A stretch of DNA of 63,336 nucleotides, the filler included, from Circinaria calcarea (taxonomy: Eukaryota), in assembly GCA_051942165.1 (NCBI GenBank). It is 11 parts of 11 records of this genome, joined end to end, with 100 filler letters (N's around TTAATTAATTAA, not from the genome) between each part and the next. Parts side by side here need not be neighbours in the genome. Positions count along the whole stretch, not along the records: positions 34,641 to 40,307 come from JAVECS010001828.1; positions 40,408 to 46,068 come from JAVECS010001829.1; positions 46,169 to 51,827 come from JAVECS010001830.1; 8 more parts are not named here. One strand, given 5' to 3'. Position 1 is the first letter of the stretch; every line of letters begins with the position of its first letter. The notes under the pieces were generated by a model that searched no databases, was not told where the DNA came from, and saw nothing but the letters and a program-made list of their open reading frames with translations. Of the stretch, positions 38,505-51,100 are shown piece after piece. A program made the translations under genes and the position numbers.

Positions 38505-38898
38505 TCTGGCGAACGGAGGATCAATGGGGAACGAATCCTACTCCTCTCTGATAATTATCGTGGTTGTCGGTGAGTTCAAGTTTGCGTCAGCTGTCTATGG
38601 GAATCTAGATCTCTTAGCTTACATGTTCCTCACTCGGTATGGTTTTCCGGTTCATACGAAAAATAGATATGAAATAAGCATTGCCGAATGCGACTAAGTA
38701 CCATAAGGAAAACGCGCGAGAAAACCCCCACGCGCTTGACTAAAAAGTTTGCAACCCCCTCTGGATTTGTGGGATCCCTCTAGTGTTGGTGGTCCCATAC
38801 CCGATCCTAGGCAGTAACTACGGTTGCGGGAAGTTTAGGGTCCTCCCTGCCCGCTCCTTCTAACTCCCTCCTTCTTATCCGCCACTACTGTCCCTTTA

Positions 38899-39025
38899 CA
38901 AGGGGCTCCGTTTTATGTCTCCGGACGCGCCCGCTAAAATAGCGGGGCATTTTCATAGGGGCAATTTCTAGTACACCGCTGAAATTTTGGTAGGCGCGTC
39001 CGGAGACTTAAAACGGAGCCCCTTG
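38899..39025. mobile_element. 127-bp MITE with 33-bp terminal inverted repeats and TA target-site duplication
   Basis: TA-CAAGGGGCTCCGTTTTATGTCTCCGGACGCGCC ... GGCGCGTCCGGAGACTTAAAACGGAGCCCCTTG-TA; TIRs match at 32 of 33 positions. Confidence 0.85.
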
Positions 39026-39297
39026 TACCAGCGCCAGATAAACCGGGAGCACGGCCTTATTCCGCGAGCGTTAGCGAGCGAGAATAATAATAGAGACTAA
39101 AAAATAAAATAGTGGCTTGGCATGCGGAAAGAAGTAGCTAGCGTAAATATCCGTCCCCTCTATGCCTTTTAATTGGTTAAGAAAGCGAGAATATTAGTTT
39201 CGCGTAATTACGTCACTCAGTTCGCTGCCACTCAGTTCGCTGGCACTTCAATATTATATTACCACTAAGTCCACTACTAAACTGCCACCCACTATTG

Positions 39298-39618
39298 TGC
39301 TGCCACTACTATGCTGCCACTACTATGCTGCCACTACTATGCTGCCATTACTGTACTGTGCTGCCACTATTATGCTGCCACTACTATGCTGCCATTACTG
39401 TACTATGCTGCCACTATTATGCTGCCACTACTATGCTGCCATTACTATACTATGCTGCCATTACTGTACTGTGCTGCCACTACTATGCTGCTATTACTGT
39501 GCTGCCACTACTATGCTGCCATTACTGTACTGTGCTGCCACTACTGTGCTGCCACTACTATGCTGCCATTACTGTGCTGCCACTACTATGCTGCCACTAC
39601 TGTGCTGCCATTACTATA
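39298..39618. repeat. Minisatellite of 14-bp TGCTGCCACTACTA units with 19-bp variants (TGCTGCCATTACTGTACTG), about 20 units
   Basis: Directly visible; it produces the spurious repetitive ORFs in all three plus frames. Confidence 0.95.
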
Positions 39619-40181
39619 CGGCTATTATTATACTAAAGTGTTACGTCCCTAAGCTTCTTAGGCAAAGGCAATGCTAGTCACTGGTATAAGGCAGGGACTC
39701 TGTGATATGCGCACGGGTTCTATACCAATCACTTGGCAAGTAAATAGTGACAATAGAAGTATATTGCTGCACTTGTAAGGTCTTGACCACACAGGTCAAA
39801 TACTACGGAAAGGACTGTGCTTATATATCCTTTCCCAGACAGGGGTCATAGTGGTGATCCCTATGATCCCACTGCTCCCTAGCCAGATCAACCGGATCAC
39901 TTGGATCACCAATGATCCCATTGATCCCATACGTTACACAAGGGATCACTCGGATCATCCTTCTGAATACCCTTGGTACGCGTAGTACTGGTCATGGCTG
40001 GTGGCGCCATTACATAAAGGGGGGTTCCGGGGGTCTCCCCCGAAAGAGAGCTTATTATTGCTTCTGTATTATATTTATTATATTAAATCACCAGATCAAT
40101 AGTAATATATAAATAATAAATAGAATATCTTAAATGGAATATATATAAATTATATTATATTATATTCGTTATGATATATAA

Positions 40182-40307
40182 TGTAAGGGCTCTACCCGAG
40201 AACCCTGTAAGGGCGCTGCAATCCTTGGGGCCTATTGAGGAATATGATAAGTCCCGATTGGTAATAGCACGGTTACATAGGGTGTAGTTGAACTGTTGCC
40301 CTAGGCT
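40182..40307 (+). mobile_element. Probable LTR terminus/termini (TGTAAGGGC...), cut by the gap
   Basis: 26 bp at 40180-40205 is the exact reverse complement of 52058-52083 on another contig. A second TGTAAGGGC follows immediately. Confidence 0.45.
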
Positions 40308-40407
40308 NNNNNNNNNNNNNNNNNNNNNNNNNNNNNNNNNNNNNNNNNNNNTTAATTAATTAANNNNNNNNNNNNNNNNNNNNNNNNNNNNNNNNNNNNN
40401 NNNNNNN
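40308..40407. other. Artificial contig linker
   Basis: 44N-TTAATTAATTAA-44N. Confidence 0.98.
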
Positions 40408-40690
40408 GTTGGGAGGAGGTCTGGTTTACGGTACGGTATTATTTTGAGTTTCGAGGGGATGGGGTGTTTGAGAGAAGGGATGATTTGAATAGATTGAATG
40501 GAACATGAGTATGTGGACATAGTGTAGAGTAAAAGGCCTAAAAGATGATAAATAGTGTGGGTATTCCCGAATACCGGGCTTCCTGCCGTCGCTTCCCCAT
40601 CTGTCCCAGAGTCTCCAAACGCCGTCTGAAGCCAACACCGACGCCTGAAATTTAAATAACACCCAGGGCACTCCGGTAAAAACCGCCACT

Positions 40691-42558
40691 CTAACACAAG
40701 AACTTGTACGCCTTTTTCCACCGCGGCCAATTCGCTTGCTCCGCTCGCTCTTCTGCAAGCAGCTCCGCCAAATTCATATCCCGCAGTCCCGTCTTCAAAT
40801 CCATGTCCCGGCATTTCATGAATGGGGTACTATGCCTGATCTTATACCATGTGTAGAATGCCAGTACGACCGGGGCCGCGAGGTAGGCTTGGAAGAAATT
40901 TGATGTGTTTTCGGCAGCTGTATTCTCCTGGAATCCTATAGGTGCGAACCCGGTCCAGAATTGTGCTAGAAGAATAATCCCGTTAATCGTAAGGCCGACC
41001 CAGGAACCAAAGACACCAGGCTGCGATCGGAAGGCTAGCTCATCAAGGCTATGGCCCTGCAAACGCCATGCTTTACGAAAGCGAATGTGAGCGAGACAAA
41101 TAGAACCCCATGTAAAGACAGAACTGAGACCACTAAGCGCCAGCAACCAATTGAAAACGGCAACCTGCGCGTGCGAGGCCGCGAGAAATGAGAGCAACCC
41201 AATCGTGGAAGCGAACAGGATGGCAACCAGGGGCCGGCCTCGCCTGTCGATGTATGCAAACATCTTCGGCGCTTGTTTTTGCTCGGCAAGAGCAGCAAGG
41301 GTGCGGGAAGAGCCAAAAACAGCGGAATTACCCACAGACAGTACCGATATCATGATAACGACGTTCATCACCGAATCCAGGGCGTAGATGCCGGCATTCG
41401 CAATGGCAATTACAAACGGTGAGGCGTGGGCGTTGGCGGTATTGTAACCTAAAAGCTTGGTTTCTGTATAGGGAACCAGTAAACCTACCAGGAGCAGGGA
41501 GATGTTATAGAATAAGGTTATGCGCCAGAATACCTGCTTTACCGCCGTCGGCAAGGACCTTCGTGGATTGGCCGTCTCGGCTGCAGCAAGACCGACAAGT
41601 TCGGTACCACCAAAGGCAAACGCGGCAGTTACAAAGACTGAGCACAATCCTTTAAAGCCGTTGTTGAACGGGCCGGGATCGTGCCAGTACTTTCCACCGA
41701 TATAAGTCCCGTTCGGTCCTCCCCCGATGTTCAGGATCACACCGAGGAGACTGGATGATGGTTAGCGACTTGAAGCGGGCGATATCAAAAGCCATGACTT
41801 ACATAAATCCCGTGACCGCAATCACCTTGATTATAGAGAAGACGAATTCCGCTTCGCCATATCCTTTCACCCCGAATAGATTTATAACGACAACCAACAC
41901 CAAAAATATAGCCACCCACGCGGCGTTTGAAGTAGTGGGTCCCCAGTAGTCTAAAGTTAGCGACGCAGCAACGATTTCGAGTGGAAGTACGGCCAGCCAT
42001 TGCAATGCATAATTCCAGCCCATGGCGAATCCCCATGCAGGATCCAGGAAGCGAGTCGAATAGGCCGAGAATGAACCAGCAACGGGAAACGCCACTGCGA
42101 GCTCGCCAAGAGCATGGCACGTACAGTATATCATTATGCCGATTAAAGAGAAGGCGATGAGTAGGGATGCGGGACCACCGTAGGCCAAGGCTCGTCCAGA
42201 CCCGACAAATAAACCCGTACCTAGGATACGTATCAGTACCTGCCCAGATGTGATATCCTTTCGAAGTCCTACCAATTGATCCACCGATAGCGATCATCTG
42301 AAGGTGCCTCCCCTGGAGTTTTCTCAACAGAGGCGAATCTGCGGTTGCCTGTGCAGCGGCCCCGGCGTCGAAAACCCTCGAGTTGGAACAGTTTGCACCC
42401 TTGGGGTTCACCCGACGATTCGGATCACGCTTGAAGCCATCCAGAGTTCTCCGGACGAAACTGGCCTTGGGCCGTCTGGGGTCACCCCACGCCGATAAAA
42501 ATTCTGGAGAGTTGAAGTTGGCGGAGAAGTCGATCGACTCGTTATCTTCTTTTTCCAT
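40691..42558 (-). CDS. Amino acid permease (APC superfamily, Gap1-like/YAT family); 2 introns
   Basis: LQGRHLQMIAIGGSI|GTGLFVGSG, GELAVAFPVAGSF, YGEAEFVFS, AFAFGGTELVGLAAAET, DRRGRP, AHIRFRKAW. Confidence 0.93.
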
Positions 42559-43756
42559 GTCTGCTGGAGTACCTGCGCAGGGATTCCCGGTACCGTAAGG
42601 TATCCAAGATAGGCAACGGCTTGCAATGATCCCACCGTCCTCGTACGAAGTGCGGAGGGGCCGATGGCTAGATGGAAGAGTCTAGCAATGAGCCCCAGGC
42701 TATGCGTAAGATGGAACTATATCGTCAACGAAGATGAGGCATGTAGCTAAGATGCTCTGCATGCGATGACGGACAGCGGTCGTCTTGGACGGTTCTGCTC
42801 CGTACTTTGGCTTCCTGGGCTCATCGGCGCGCATCGACTGGCGGATTCCGTGGATGCTGAGGACGATGCAGAGTTGAAGGATTCTTGCCGTGACGAGACG
42901 AGGGAAGAGGAGGATGGTGGCGACCGTGTAGAGTGAAGTGACAGCGATCGTGGCACGGGCAGCTGTTGGGTTGCAGCATTTCTGCTTCCTCGAGCCGGCT
43001 GAGCTAAGATGAGAGCGAGAACCACTACGTACAGCCAACAGGTGACTTTGACCGGCATCGAGCGGTGATTCGTCCTCAAAGGCCAACCTTTTAGTGTGTG
43101 GCGTCGTCCCAGGGGCCTTGGCTCGTTTGAAGAAAGCTTGTCTTGCGTCGGACATGGCACTTGCACGGGCGGCATGGAGGAAACGCCAAATCAAAAAATA
43201 GCGAATACGACATTGCCATGCCATCGCTTCCGTCCATTATTCCAATTTCCGTCCTACTCCCATGTTACTCGCTCATCAAGACAACATAGCTCCGGAAAGC
43301 TGGGATGCTCGGTGCTCATAGGATGACTCTACGTGCTTTATTTACAACCAGCCATTCCCATCTCAGGTAACCTTCCAACCCGGGCAAAGGAAACTCTACA
43401 TCCGGGACACGATGACACCTGGGCTCCCGACATAAAAGGGCAAAGGCCTACCAATGACATGTGTGTACTAGGTAAATATATGCGTAGTATATTGAGATGC
43501 AATTCAAGGAGTTAACTAGCCATCTTGACTTTCAACGGTGTAGGAACGCCACCGGCAACCTTCGCTACGGGGTATCCTCCAATATCAGAGCCATGCATGC
43601 CACTTGAGCACCATGCCGAGCAATACACCGAGTAACGGTTCTATTTAACCCACTCTATCCATGACCGAACGTCGTACCGCGTACGAGTGAAGCCGCCACA
43701 ACTAAACTGAACAGCAGGTGGAACGCTACGGTTGTCTCGTTGGTTCGCGGCAGATA

Positions 43757-45940
43757 CTACGGTCGTTTCTGTGATTCGCGGTCGATCAGCCTACCCGCAT
43801 ATACCAAGACCGAAAGAGGATCAATCGGAGGGCCTATGACGGGTTTCACGCCATCTTCTTCTTCTTCTTGCCGGAGGAGCGCTCGATGGCCTTGGCCATA
43901 AACCGGGAATGGCAGAGATTGCGAGTTCTTAGGGGATGGTCGATATGTCCGCTCTAGCGGCCGATGACTTCCCGTCTGACCAGCGTCACGCAACTCGCGA
44001 GATTGGCTCCGGTAGTGAGGGTGAAGTGGGATGGCGACGTCTTTTAGCGATAGGTTCATCAGGGACCGTCTTTCATGAGGGATATCTGTAAGAAACTTAT
44101 ATATCAGCAACGTAATCAGCTCCAAGACGAGAGTGTGTGTGATCCATACCTGTTGATAATGAAGAGGGATGCTGTGACGTTTGCGAAGATGATGGATTGA
44201 ACACTTGATTCGATTGTATCGGATTTGCCGAATAGAGATGCTCCTGGTTTTGGTCTGCAAATTGCGAGGTCAAGGCGCTTGTCAAGGGCGGAGCCAGTGG
44301 CAAAGGTAACGCTCTCTTTGACCTGATTTCCTCCACTGGGGTGATTGGTGTAATGGGTGATAATGACGTGCTAGGAGTTGAAAAGTTCGACGATCTAGAC
44401 GATACCGATGACTGGGACGCGTCGTGAGTGAGAAATGAAGCATGCGCACTCACTGATCTCCGTGCGTTGAATTGCGGACTTGCAGCGGGGCGTAATGCAG
44501 CAGTCTCTATTGCAAGAGGAGGAAGTTGCCCTTGCATCAGCAGTGTCTCCTTGTCCTCTAGTGGTATGATCCTTGGAAGCGATGGAACTCTCGGTGCAAC
44601 AGCCTCTCGATAAACGACTCCTTCCATTACTCCACTCGGTGGCGTCTCTGTGTCAATTCCTGGACTGGCTTCCAATACCAATGAGGCCGCTGGCGGCGTC
44701 GGTGTCAACGAACCAGGAGATGGTGAGTCAAGCACTGTGAGGGGTCCGCCGGTAATGGTGGGCAGTGGCATAGTGAGAGGAGAGGTCTGACTATCGATAG
44801 GTTTTTGATTTCCAGCATAGCTAAAGTACTCCAATTTTTGAGATTCGTATCCGACCAGACGCATCCCACTAGGTTGATGGCCTGGGTGACATCCTACACT
44901 CTCGCTACTTACTCGTTTTCGTTCAGTGTCTAATTTCGGACGTTTACCGTCTATGCAGTCTTAGCTTATTATTATTATTATTCTGACATTGATTCAGAGA
45001 GGTGATCAGATAAACCAGCCAAAGAGACACCTTACCTGCTTTAGACGGGGCGTTCTTGGTCTTGAAGTCCGCCAAGTAAAGGCTGTAATCTCGATATTCC
45101 GTTGTCTTCTTGTACTTTGATAGCTCCGAATTGTACTTTTCTTTTGCAAGAGATGCTTGAGAGTCGTAGAGCTCCTTTTCTTCCGCTACAAGGACTTGCC
45201 AACATTCTCCCACTCGCTTAGCAATTTCGGTAAAGGAAAGGTTTTGTGGCTTCAGATCCTCCCGAACCTCTACAGACAAGTTAGCAGGTTTGCTCCACCA
45301 AATAGATTTGTTGGTGGTTTACTATTTGAAAATATCACATATGCCGAGGGTGGTCGCTCAGGCGCATTCTCATCAGGCTAGGAAAGGTAAGCATGTATCC
45401 GCAATCAACAAGTACAATATAGGACTCACTTTAGGATGACGTCGATACTTTCTCTTTCTGCCATTACCACTAGACTTGTCACTTTCGCATTTCTTGGAAT
45501 CCGGAGTTTCCCCTCCCTCGAAAGGGTGGATGTCCTCGGATGATGTCCCTCGGATTGGGGATGCTATAGGGCGGTCAAAGCTTAGGCCCCGTGCATTCGC
45601 AATTTCACGTTGCAGTCTCTGGCAAAAGCGGTGTCAGTAGGGCAGAATATTTAGCACATGGCAATCCTCCTACAGCGCCTGTCTAGATGTGCTGGTGCTT
45701 GGCTGTTTGATTTTGTGAGAAATAGTGGCAGACATACCCTGCGGTGGCCGAGCTTCACATTCAAAGAATCCCTAAAATTGGACATTAGCATCTGTCCACC
45801 AGATTAATCACGAGGTGCTCATACAGGTCCGACTCTGTAATGTCTAGTACCGTTTCCCAGGTGTCAAACCCCTCATTGAGAAACGTGGGTAGGTATTGCG
45901 CGAGGCCTAGTCGAGAGAGGATGGGGTCCAATTGAGTCAT
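43757..45940 (-). CDS. SAM-domain + HMG-box transcription factor; 6 introns
   Basis: MTQLDPILSRLGLAQYLPTFLNEGFDTWETVLDITESDL|DSLNVKLGHRR|RLQREIA (SAM); KRKYRRHPK|PDENAPERPPSAYVIFSN|..LSFTEIAKRVGECWQ (HMG). Splices through ORFs 44097 and 43757 to DPLSVLVYAG. Confidence 0.85.
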
Positions 45941-46068
45941 CTACACTGCGGGCACCTGGAAATATGATGCACCTTAATCCACCAGACCGGGCAGTTTGAA
46001 GCAGGAGGATCGACGTGCCACGTTCCCCATGAGGTGGCGAGATAGCGTAGGTACGAGCAGCCAGGTAA

Positions 46069-46168
46069 NNNNNNNNNNNNNNNNNNNNNNNNNNNNNNNN
46101 NNNNNNNNNNNNTTAATTAATTAANNNNNNNNNNNNNNNNNNNNNNNNNNNNNNNNNNNNNNNNNNNN
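46069..46168. other. Artificial contig linker
   Basis: 44N-TTAATTAATTAA-44N. Confidence 0.98.
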
Positions 46169-46742
46169 GTATATGAAACACCGAGCGAGCACAAAGAGTT
46201 TGAAAGACCTTCCTTTGCGAGCTTGCTAGAGGGGAAAGCATTTTGATGTGTGAAGATTGAGATAAATTAATGAAATTTGCTTGGATGCCGGACATCCCTC
46301 AAATGCGACACGGGATTGTTTGGTTGGTACACTCTTATCCGGCGAGCGGGGGAATTTTTTTTTTGGGCAGCGTGCACTCAATATACATAAGATGATATAT
46401 ACCCCGGGGGACGACCTGCATTCCTCTTCTGGTTCGGCGCCGGGTTGGGAGGATAGGGGCCCAGGCAATCCGAAGGGCAATCGAACCTATGTACACTAAA
46501 AAACCATCTTATCCAAAATTGCTTGTACGTCAACAATACTGAAAGGCAAACCTATTCTCTGTAATGGCATCCCCTCGAGAAATGCCTCGTACCGGTTTTC
46601 AAGAGCCCAGGCGTATAGATGTTCTTTATATCTTGATTTCCCTTGATTGAATCCCAAGACCAAATACAGGGGTTAGCCCTCGCCTATCAGCGTGCGATGT
46701 TCGAGACTCGAGACTGAGCCAATCAAAGTAAATAGTCTCATC

Positions 46743-48102
46743 ATGCGCACTTCCCGCATTTCCCAAGAGACCTCCAAGATCGTCCAGGCTCTGTCGCCGT
46801 CCACGAAGCTGCTTTCACAGCGCCGTACCCGATCCTTTGCAGTCTCTCCAGCTCCCCCCGCCGCAAATGCCTCTTCCCCTATCACGACCGTAAAGCCGTC
46901 TGAAGGAAGTAGCGAGCACGATGCCGACTCCTCCTCCCTCTCCTCCGTCCCCTCGGACATCTCCTTTGACATTGAAGATCCTCCCCCGTCATTGCACCTA
47001 CCGTCCCCACACCCTACTCGAAAGCGAAAGCGGAAAGCAGGCACCGGCGGCCCTTCGACGACCACCATCACCAGCACTTCTACCAGCGTAACCACCCCTA
47101 CTTCGCCCCGGAAGCTCGGTATCAAAGACGAGGACGACGGGGACCGGAACGTGAAGAAAGCGCGTCGGCGGCCGGCGAAGAAGGTCGTCAACGAGGGCGG
47201 AGAGGTGGAGATTCACCCGCCGGCCCATTGGGAGGAAATCTACGATGCGGTGAGGGAAATGCGGAAGACGGCGCTGGCGCCGGTGGATACGATGGGCTGT
47301 GAGACGCTGGCAGAGGAGCATTTGACGCCCAAGGTATTCCGAAAAGCCCGCCGTTGCCCCTTAGCTACGGATGAGAACTGCATGGCTGAACAACACTTGC
47401 TAGGACAAACGCTTCCAAACTCTCATTGCCCTCATGCTCTCCTCCCAAACCAAAGACACCACCAACGCCCTCGCCATGCGTGCCCTGCAAACCGCTCTCC
47501 CTTCGCCGGGCCTTACCCTCGCCAGCATCCTCGCCGTCGACCCGGCCACCCTCAACCAGCTCATCTTCCCCGTCGGCTTTCACAATAACAAGACCCGCTA
47601 TATCAAAGCCACGGCGCTCATCCTACGCGACCGGTTCGCCGGCGATATCCCGGATACCATTGACGGCCTCATGAGCTTACCGGGCGTGGGGCCGAAGATG
47701 GCGTACCTGTGCTTGAGTGCAGCGTGGGGCCGCACCGAGGGCATCGGGGTAGATGTGCACGTGCATCGGATCACGAATCTGTGGGGATGGCATGCGACCA
47801 AGACGCCCGAGGAGACGAGAGCGGCTCTGCAGGCGTGGCTGCCGAGGGAGCGATGGCATGAGATTAATAAGCTGCTGGTCGGGTTCGGGCAGACAATTTG
47901 TTTGCCGGTCGGGAGGCGGTGCGGGGAGTGCACGTTGAGTGCGAAGGGGTTGTGTCCTAGTGCGGTGGTGGGGACGAAGAGGGCGGTGAAGCGGGTGAAG
48001 AGGGAGGAGGTTGTTGAGGAGGCTGGGAAGGTGCTGAAGGTGGAAGAGGAGGAGGTAGTGGTTGCGAAGGAGGAAGATGTTGTGGTGGAGGATATAAACT
48101 AA
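46743..48102 (+). CDS. NTH1: Endonuclease III homolog (DNA N-glycosylase/AP lyase, HhH-GPD with 4Fe-4S motif); intron 47334-47403
   Basis: MRTSRIS start, [37 protein letters not shown]-x6-C-x2-C-x7-C cluster. Confidence 0.93.
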
Positions 48103-48236
48103 GGGCACAATGTCCTGTACCCAGATTTCCCTATTCTACCCTTCCTGGACAAACGCCATGTCCCTACTCCACTTTTTTACATTCCTTACCTAGCCCGTTA
48201 TATAATACCTTGCCAAACCTCCCCAAGGCGAGGCGA

Positions 48237-49481
48237 TCAGTACAGTAACTTGAAGAACCAGAAATAGCCATAGACTAGGACTCGAAGGAAAAACAAAACG
48301 AAAGCATTGTTCTCATCAGCAAGAGCGTGAATGAGATAGCTTTCGATTGAGGTTCTCGGGGCCCCTTTGGTAAAGTACATGTCCTCCATCATGCACTTGG
48401 TAGTCGTCTGCACCTTGACTGCTCTTTGGAACATATCCTTCTCGAATGCCTCTACCTTCTCGGTCAAGGCATCCCTTCCACCTGCTTTTTCCGCTTCGAT
48501 AATCGCGAAGGCCAGCTTCATCGCATCGACCATGGCCAGGTTGACTCCCTCACCTGCGTAAGGTGTCATCAGATGCGCGGCATCTCCGATTAGCGTCACC
48601 CCCGGTCTGTTTTCCCATCGATTTCCAACGGGTAGCATGTATAGCGACCTTGAAACCATAGTGTCCTCGTCCACCGCCGGTATCAGCTTCAATAGTTGCG
48701 GCGCCCAATCCCGAAACTCTTTGGTGATCGCCGCCTTCTCAGCTTTGGCATCATGGACATTGTTTTCACGATTTTGGTTCCAACTTCCGTCTCTGACGCT
48801 CATAGCAGTCACGTACAGGCTACCGTCGCCTTTTTGCTGAGCCGTGATCGACTTGCTGTCCGAGAATGCAAATACCGACCCACGGTTTACCAGGTCATAT
48901 AATTCCGGATATCGCTCCTGGACGTTGGATACGAAACCCCACATGCCCCCAATGCCGGAGTAGTAAGGCTGTTCCTTGGACACCAAAGGTCGCACTTTAC
49001 TCCAAGCACCATCAGCTCCCACTATGAGATCGAACCCTTTCTCGAGGCCATGATCGAATTGAAGTGATAGATCGTCATTGACCTTTCGCAGGCGGTGATT
49101 CCATCGAATCATGTCGTCGGGTAAGGACTGCACTAGGATTCGACGTAATTGCTCGCGATCGATTTCTGGTCGCCCTCGAGAAGTTTCCGAGGTGGTCCCT
49201 TTCATGCTGATGTACTTTTTAAAGTTCTTGTCCGCAATCGTAAGAGCTTCGCCGTCAAAGCGAGCATACTTGAGAAACTCGTCGTAGAGCCCGGCTTTCT
49301 TCAAGACAGCGAGACCGGTATTATCGTGAAGATCTAGGGTACCCCCTTGGGTACGAAAGTCCAGTGATGATTCGCTTTCGAAGATGGTGACGGAAATGTC
49401 AGAATGGATGAGGAGTCGGGCCAGGGTACAGCCAGCAGGGCCGGCCCCAATTATGGCAATTTTTGGAGAGAGGAGAGCCAT
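48237..49481 (-). CDS. Class A FAD-dependent monooxygenase, TetX-like, intronless, 414 aa
   Basis: GAGPAG, QGGTLDLH, RPEIDR, DLIVGADGAWSKVR, LIGDAAHLMTPYAGEGVNLAM. Confidence 0.9.
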   Translation of the reverse strand: MALLSPKIAIIGAGPAGCTLARLLIHSDISVTIFESESSLDFRTQGGTLDLHDNTGLAVLKKAGLYDEFLKYARFDGEALTIADKNFKKYISMKGTTSETSRGRPEIDREQLRRILVQSLPDDMIRWNHRLRKVNDDLSLQFDHGLEKGFDLIVGADGAWSKVRPLVSKEQPYYSGIGGMWGFVSNVQERYPELYDLVNRGSVFAFSDSKSITAQQKGDGSLYVTAMSVRDGSWNQNRENNVHDAKAEKAAITKEFRDWAPQLLKLIPAVDEDTMVSRSLYMLPVGNRWENRPGVTLIGDAAHLMTPYAGEGVNLAMVDAMKLAFAIIEAEKAGGRDALTEKVEAFEKDMFQRAVKVQTTTKCMMEDMYFTKGAPRTSIESYLIHALADENNAFVLFFLRVLVYGYFWFFKLLY

Positions 49482-51100
49482 TTAGTAGTTCTGCGGGAAC
49501 TTATGGGTCGTATTGTTGATTTGCTCTGAACTTGGCTTTTGTAGAGTCTATACATCATGCCTTATTTAAATACGTTGACCTTGGACTGCTGTCAGCTTAA
49601 GTGACCCTATGGTAACTGACTTACTAACCCCGCTGAATAATGTGACAACTTGGGCGCCTGCAACCCGGATAAACAGGCAATTCCATTGTTTAATAATTGA
49701 TTTCGATTACCTTTTAAATCTAAAACTTGGAACCAAATCAAGTCTATCCTTCAGCCCTTAATTAATCACCAGAATATCTTCAATTTCAAACTAGGCTAGC
49801 TTACAGTCGCCTATCAAAACGTGATTGGCACCTCTTTTATTGGGGGTCGTCTATATGCCGGAGAGGACAATTTGTTTGCTCATACATCTTCGAAACCCCG
49901 ATTTTAGCATTCTCCGATACCGTACCAGTAAAGTAGATTGCATAGTGAACTCATAATTTATTCCATTTCATGTCAAACGAGAACCGGCAGTTGCAGTCCA
50001 CCCATTCTATTTAGAACTGGGATACGAATACAACTCTTCTTGATAGGGACTATATATATGAGAAGCGTCTCATTCTGATTAGTTCAAAAAAGACCCACTT
50101 CATCTCATTCCAACCGGACTTGCAATCGTATCTACTCCACGGAGCTTTGATAGCGTACATGCAGACGAAGCTCTTTTACTCTTTCCATATCCTCTCAACA
50201 GCGTGGAACTTCTTCCTCAAGGAGCCTAAAACGATTGTCGTGGTGAAATTGCAAATATGGTAGCGGAGATTAGTGCTAACGAATATAGACGACCGATTCC
50301 CATCGAAGGTTCGTCATGTAGCAGCAGAAGCATAGCTTATCGACCGCCCCTTTCAAGCGGCCCATAATATCACAATCTCTCTCCGATAAGCTCCATGTCT
50401 CTCCAGCAGACTTTATCATGCAAACGCAATCAAGTTGATGAAATCAGCGTGGGGCCCAAAGCAAATAATGTCAGAAGTTCAGAACAAACGACAATCGATC
50501 AACAAGAGAAGAAATCTCTCTTATATAAAAGATAAAGGAAGTAGTCTCACTTTGCTCTAAAAAAAATTCATGCCAAGGACAACAAGCAGGCATTTAGTAG
50601 CTAATACATATATGGGGTAACCTCCAGTATCAAAGTCTAGCTCCTTATCATCCACCGGTATATACTTATTTTTGAACAGAATAGTTAAATATACCATGCA
50701 CAGGATACTACCTTCCTTTACCTTACTCGTTATATGGGTATATCCCCTGAAAGGTAGCAAGTGGCATGGCAACAGCTCGAATGGAGGAGAGTTTGTCAGA
50801 GTAAATATATAAGATAACTTTTGGCTACCCTTCTTGCTGCTGAGGCTAGCCTCCAGGGCATATCATGTATCGATAGCCAACCTAACTGTTCGACATCGCC
50901 TATTGGTTATTAATACAGACTAGGCTACTAGCAAGTGTTGAACGCATATCTCAACACAACCCGTGTTTGACCCTAAAAATATATCGCTTAAAACACTGGC
51001 TTCCTGCACAACTACAAAACTCTTGATTTTTTTTCTCTTTCTTTCCTCAACCATCCCTCACTACACTTCAGCTTTCCATCCAAGAGTCACTCTTATCACA

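Noticed and set aside
39295..39677. Cys/His/Tyr-rich repetitive ORFs (CCHYYAA / MLPLL) and a CRISPR-like look
   Set aside because: Translations of a 14/19-bp minisatellite open in all three frames; no unique spacers; eukaryotic context.
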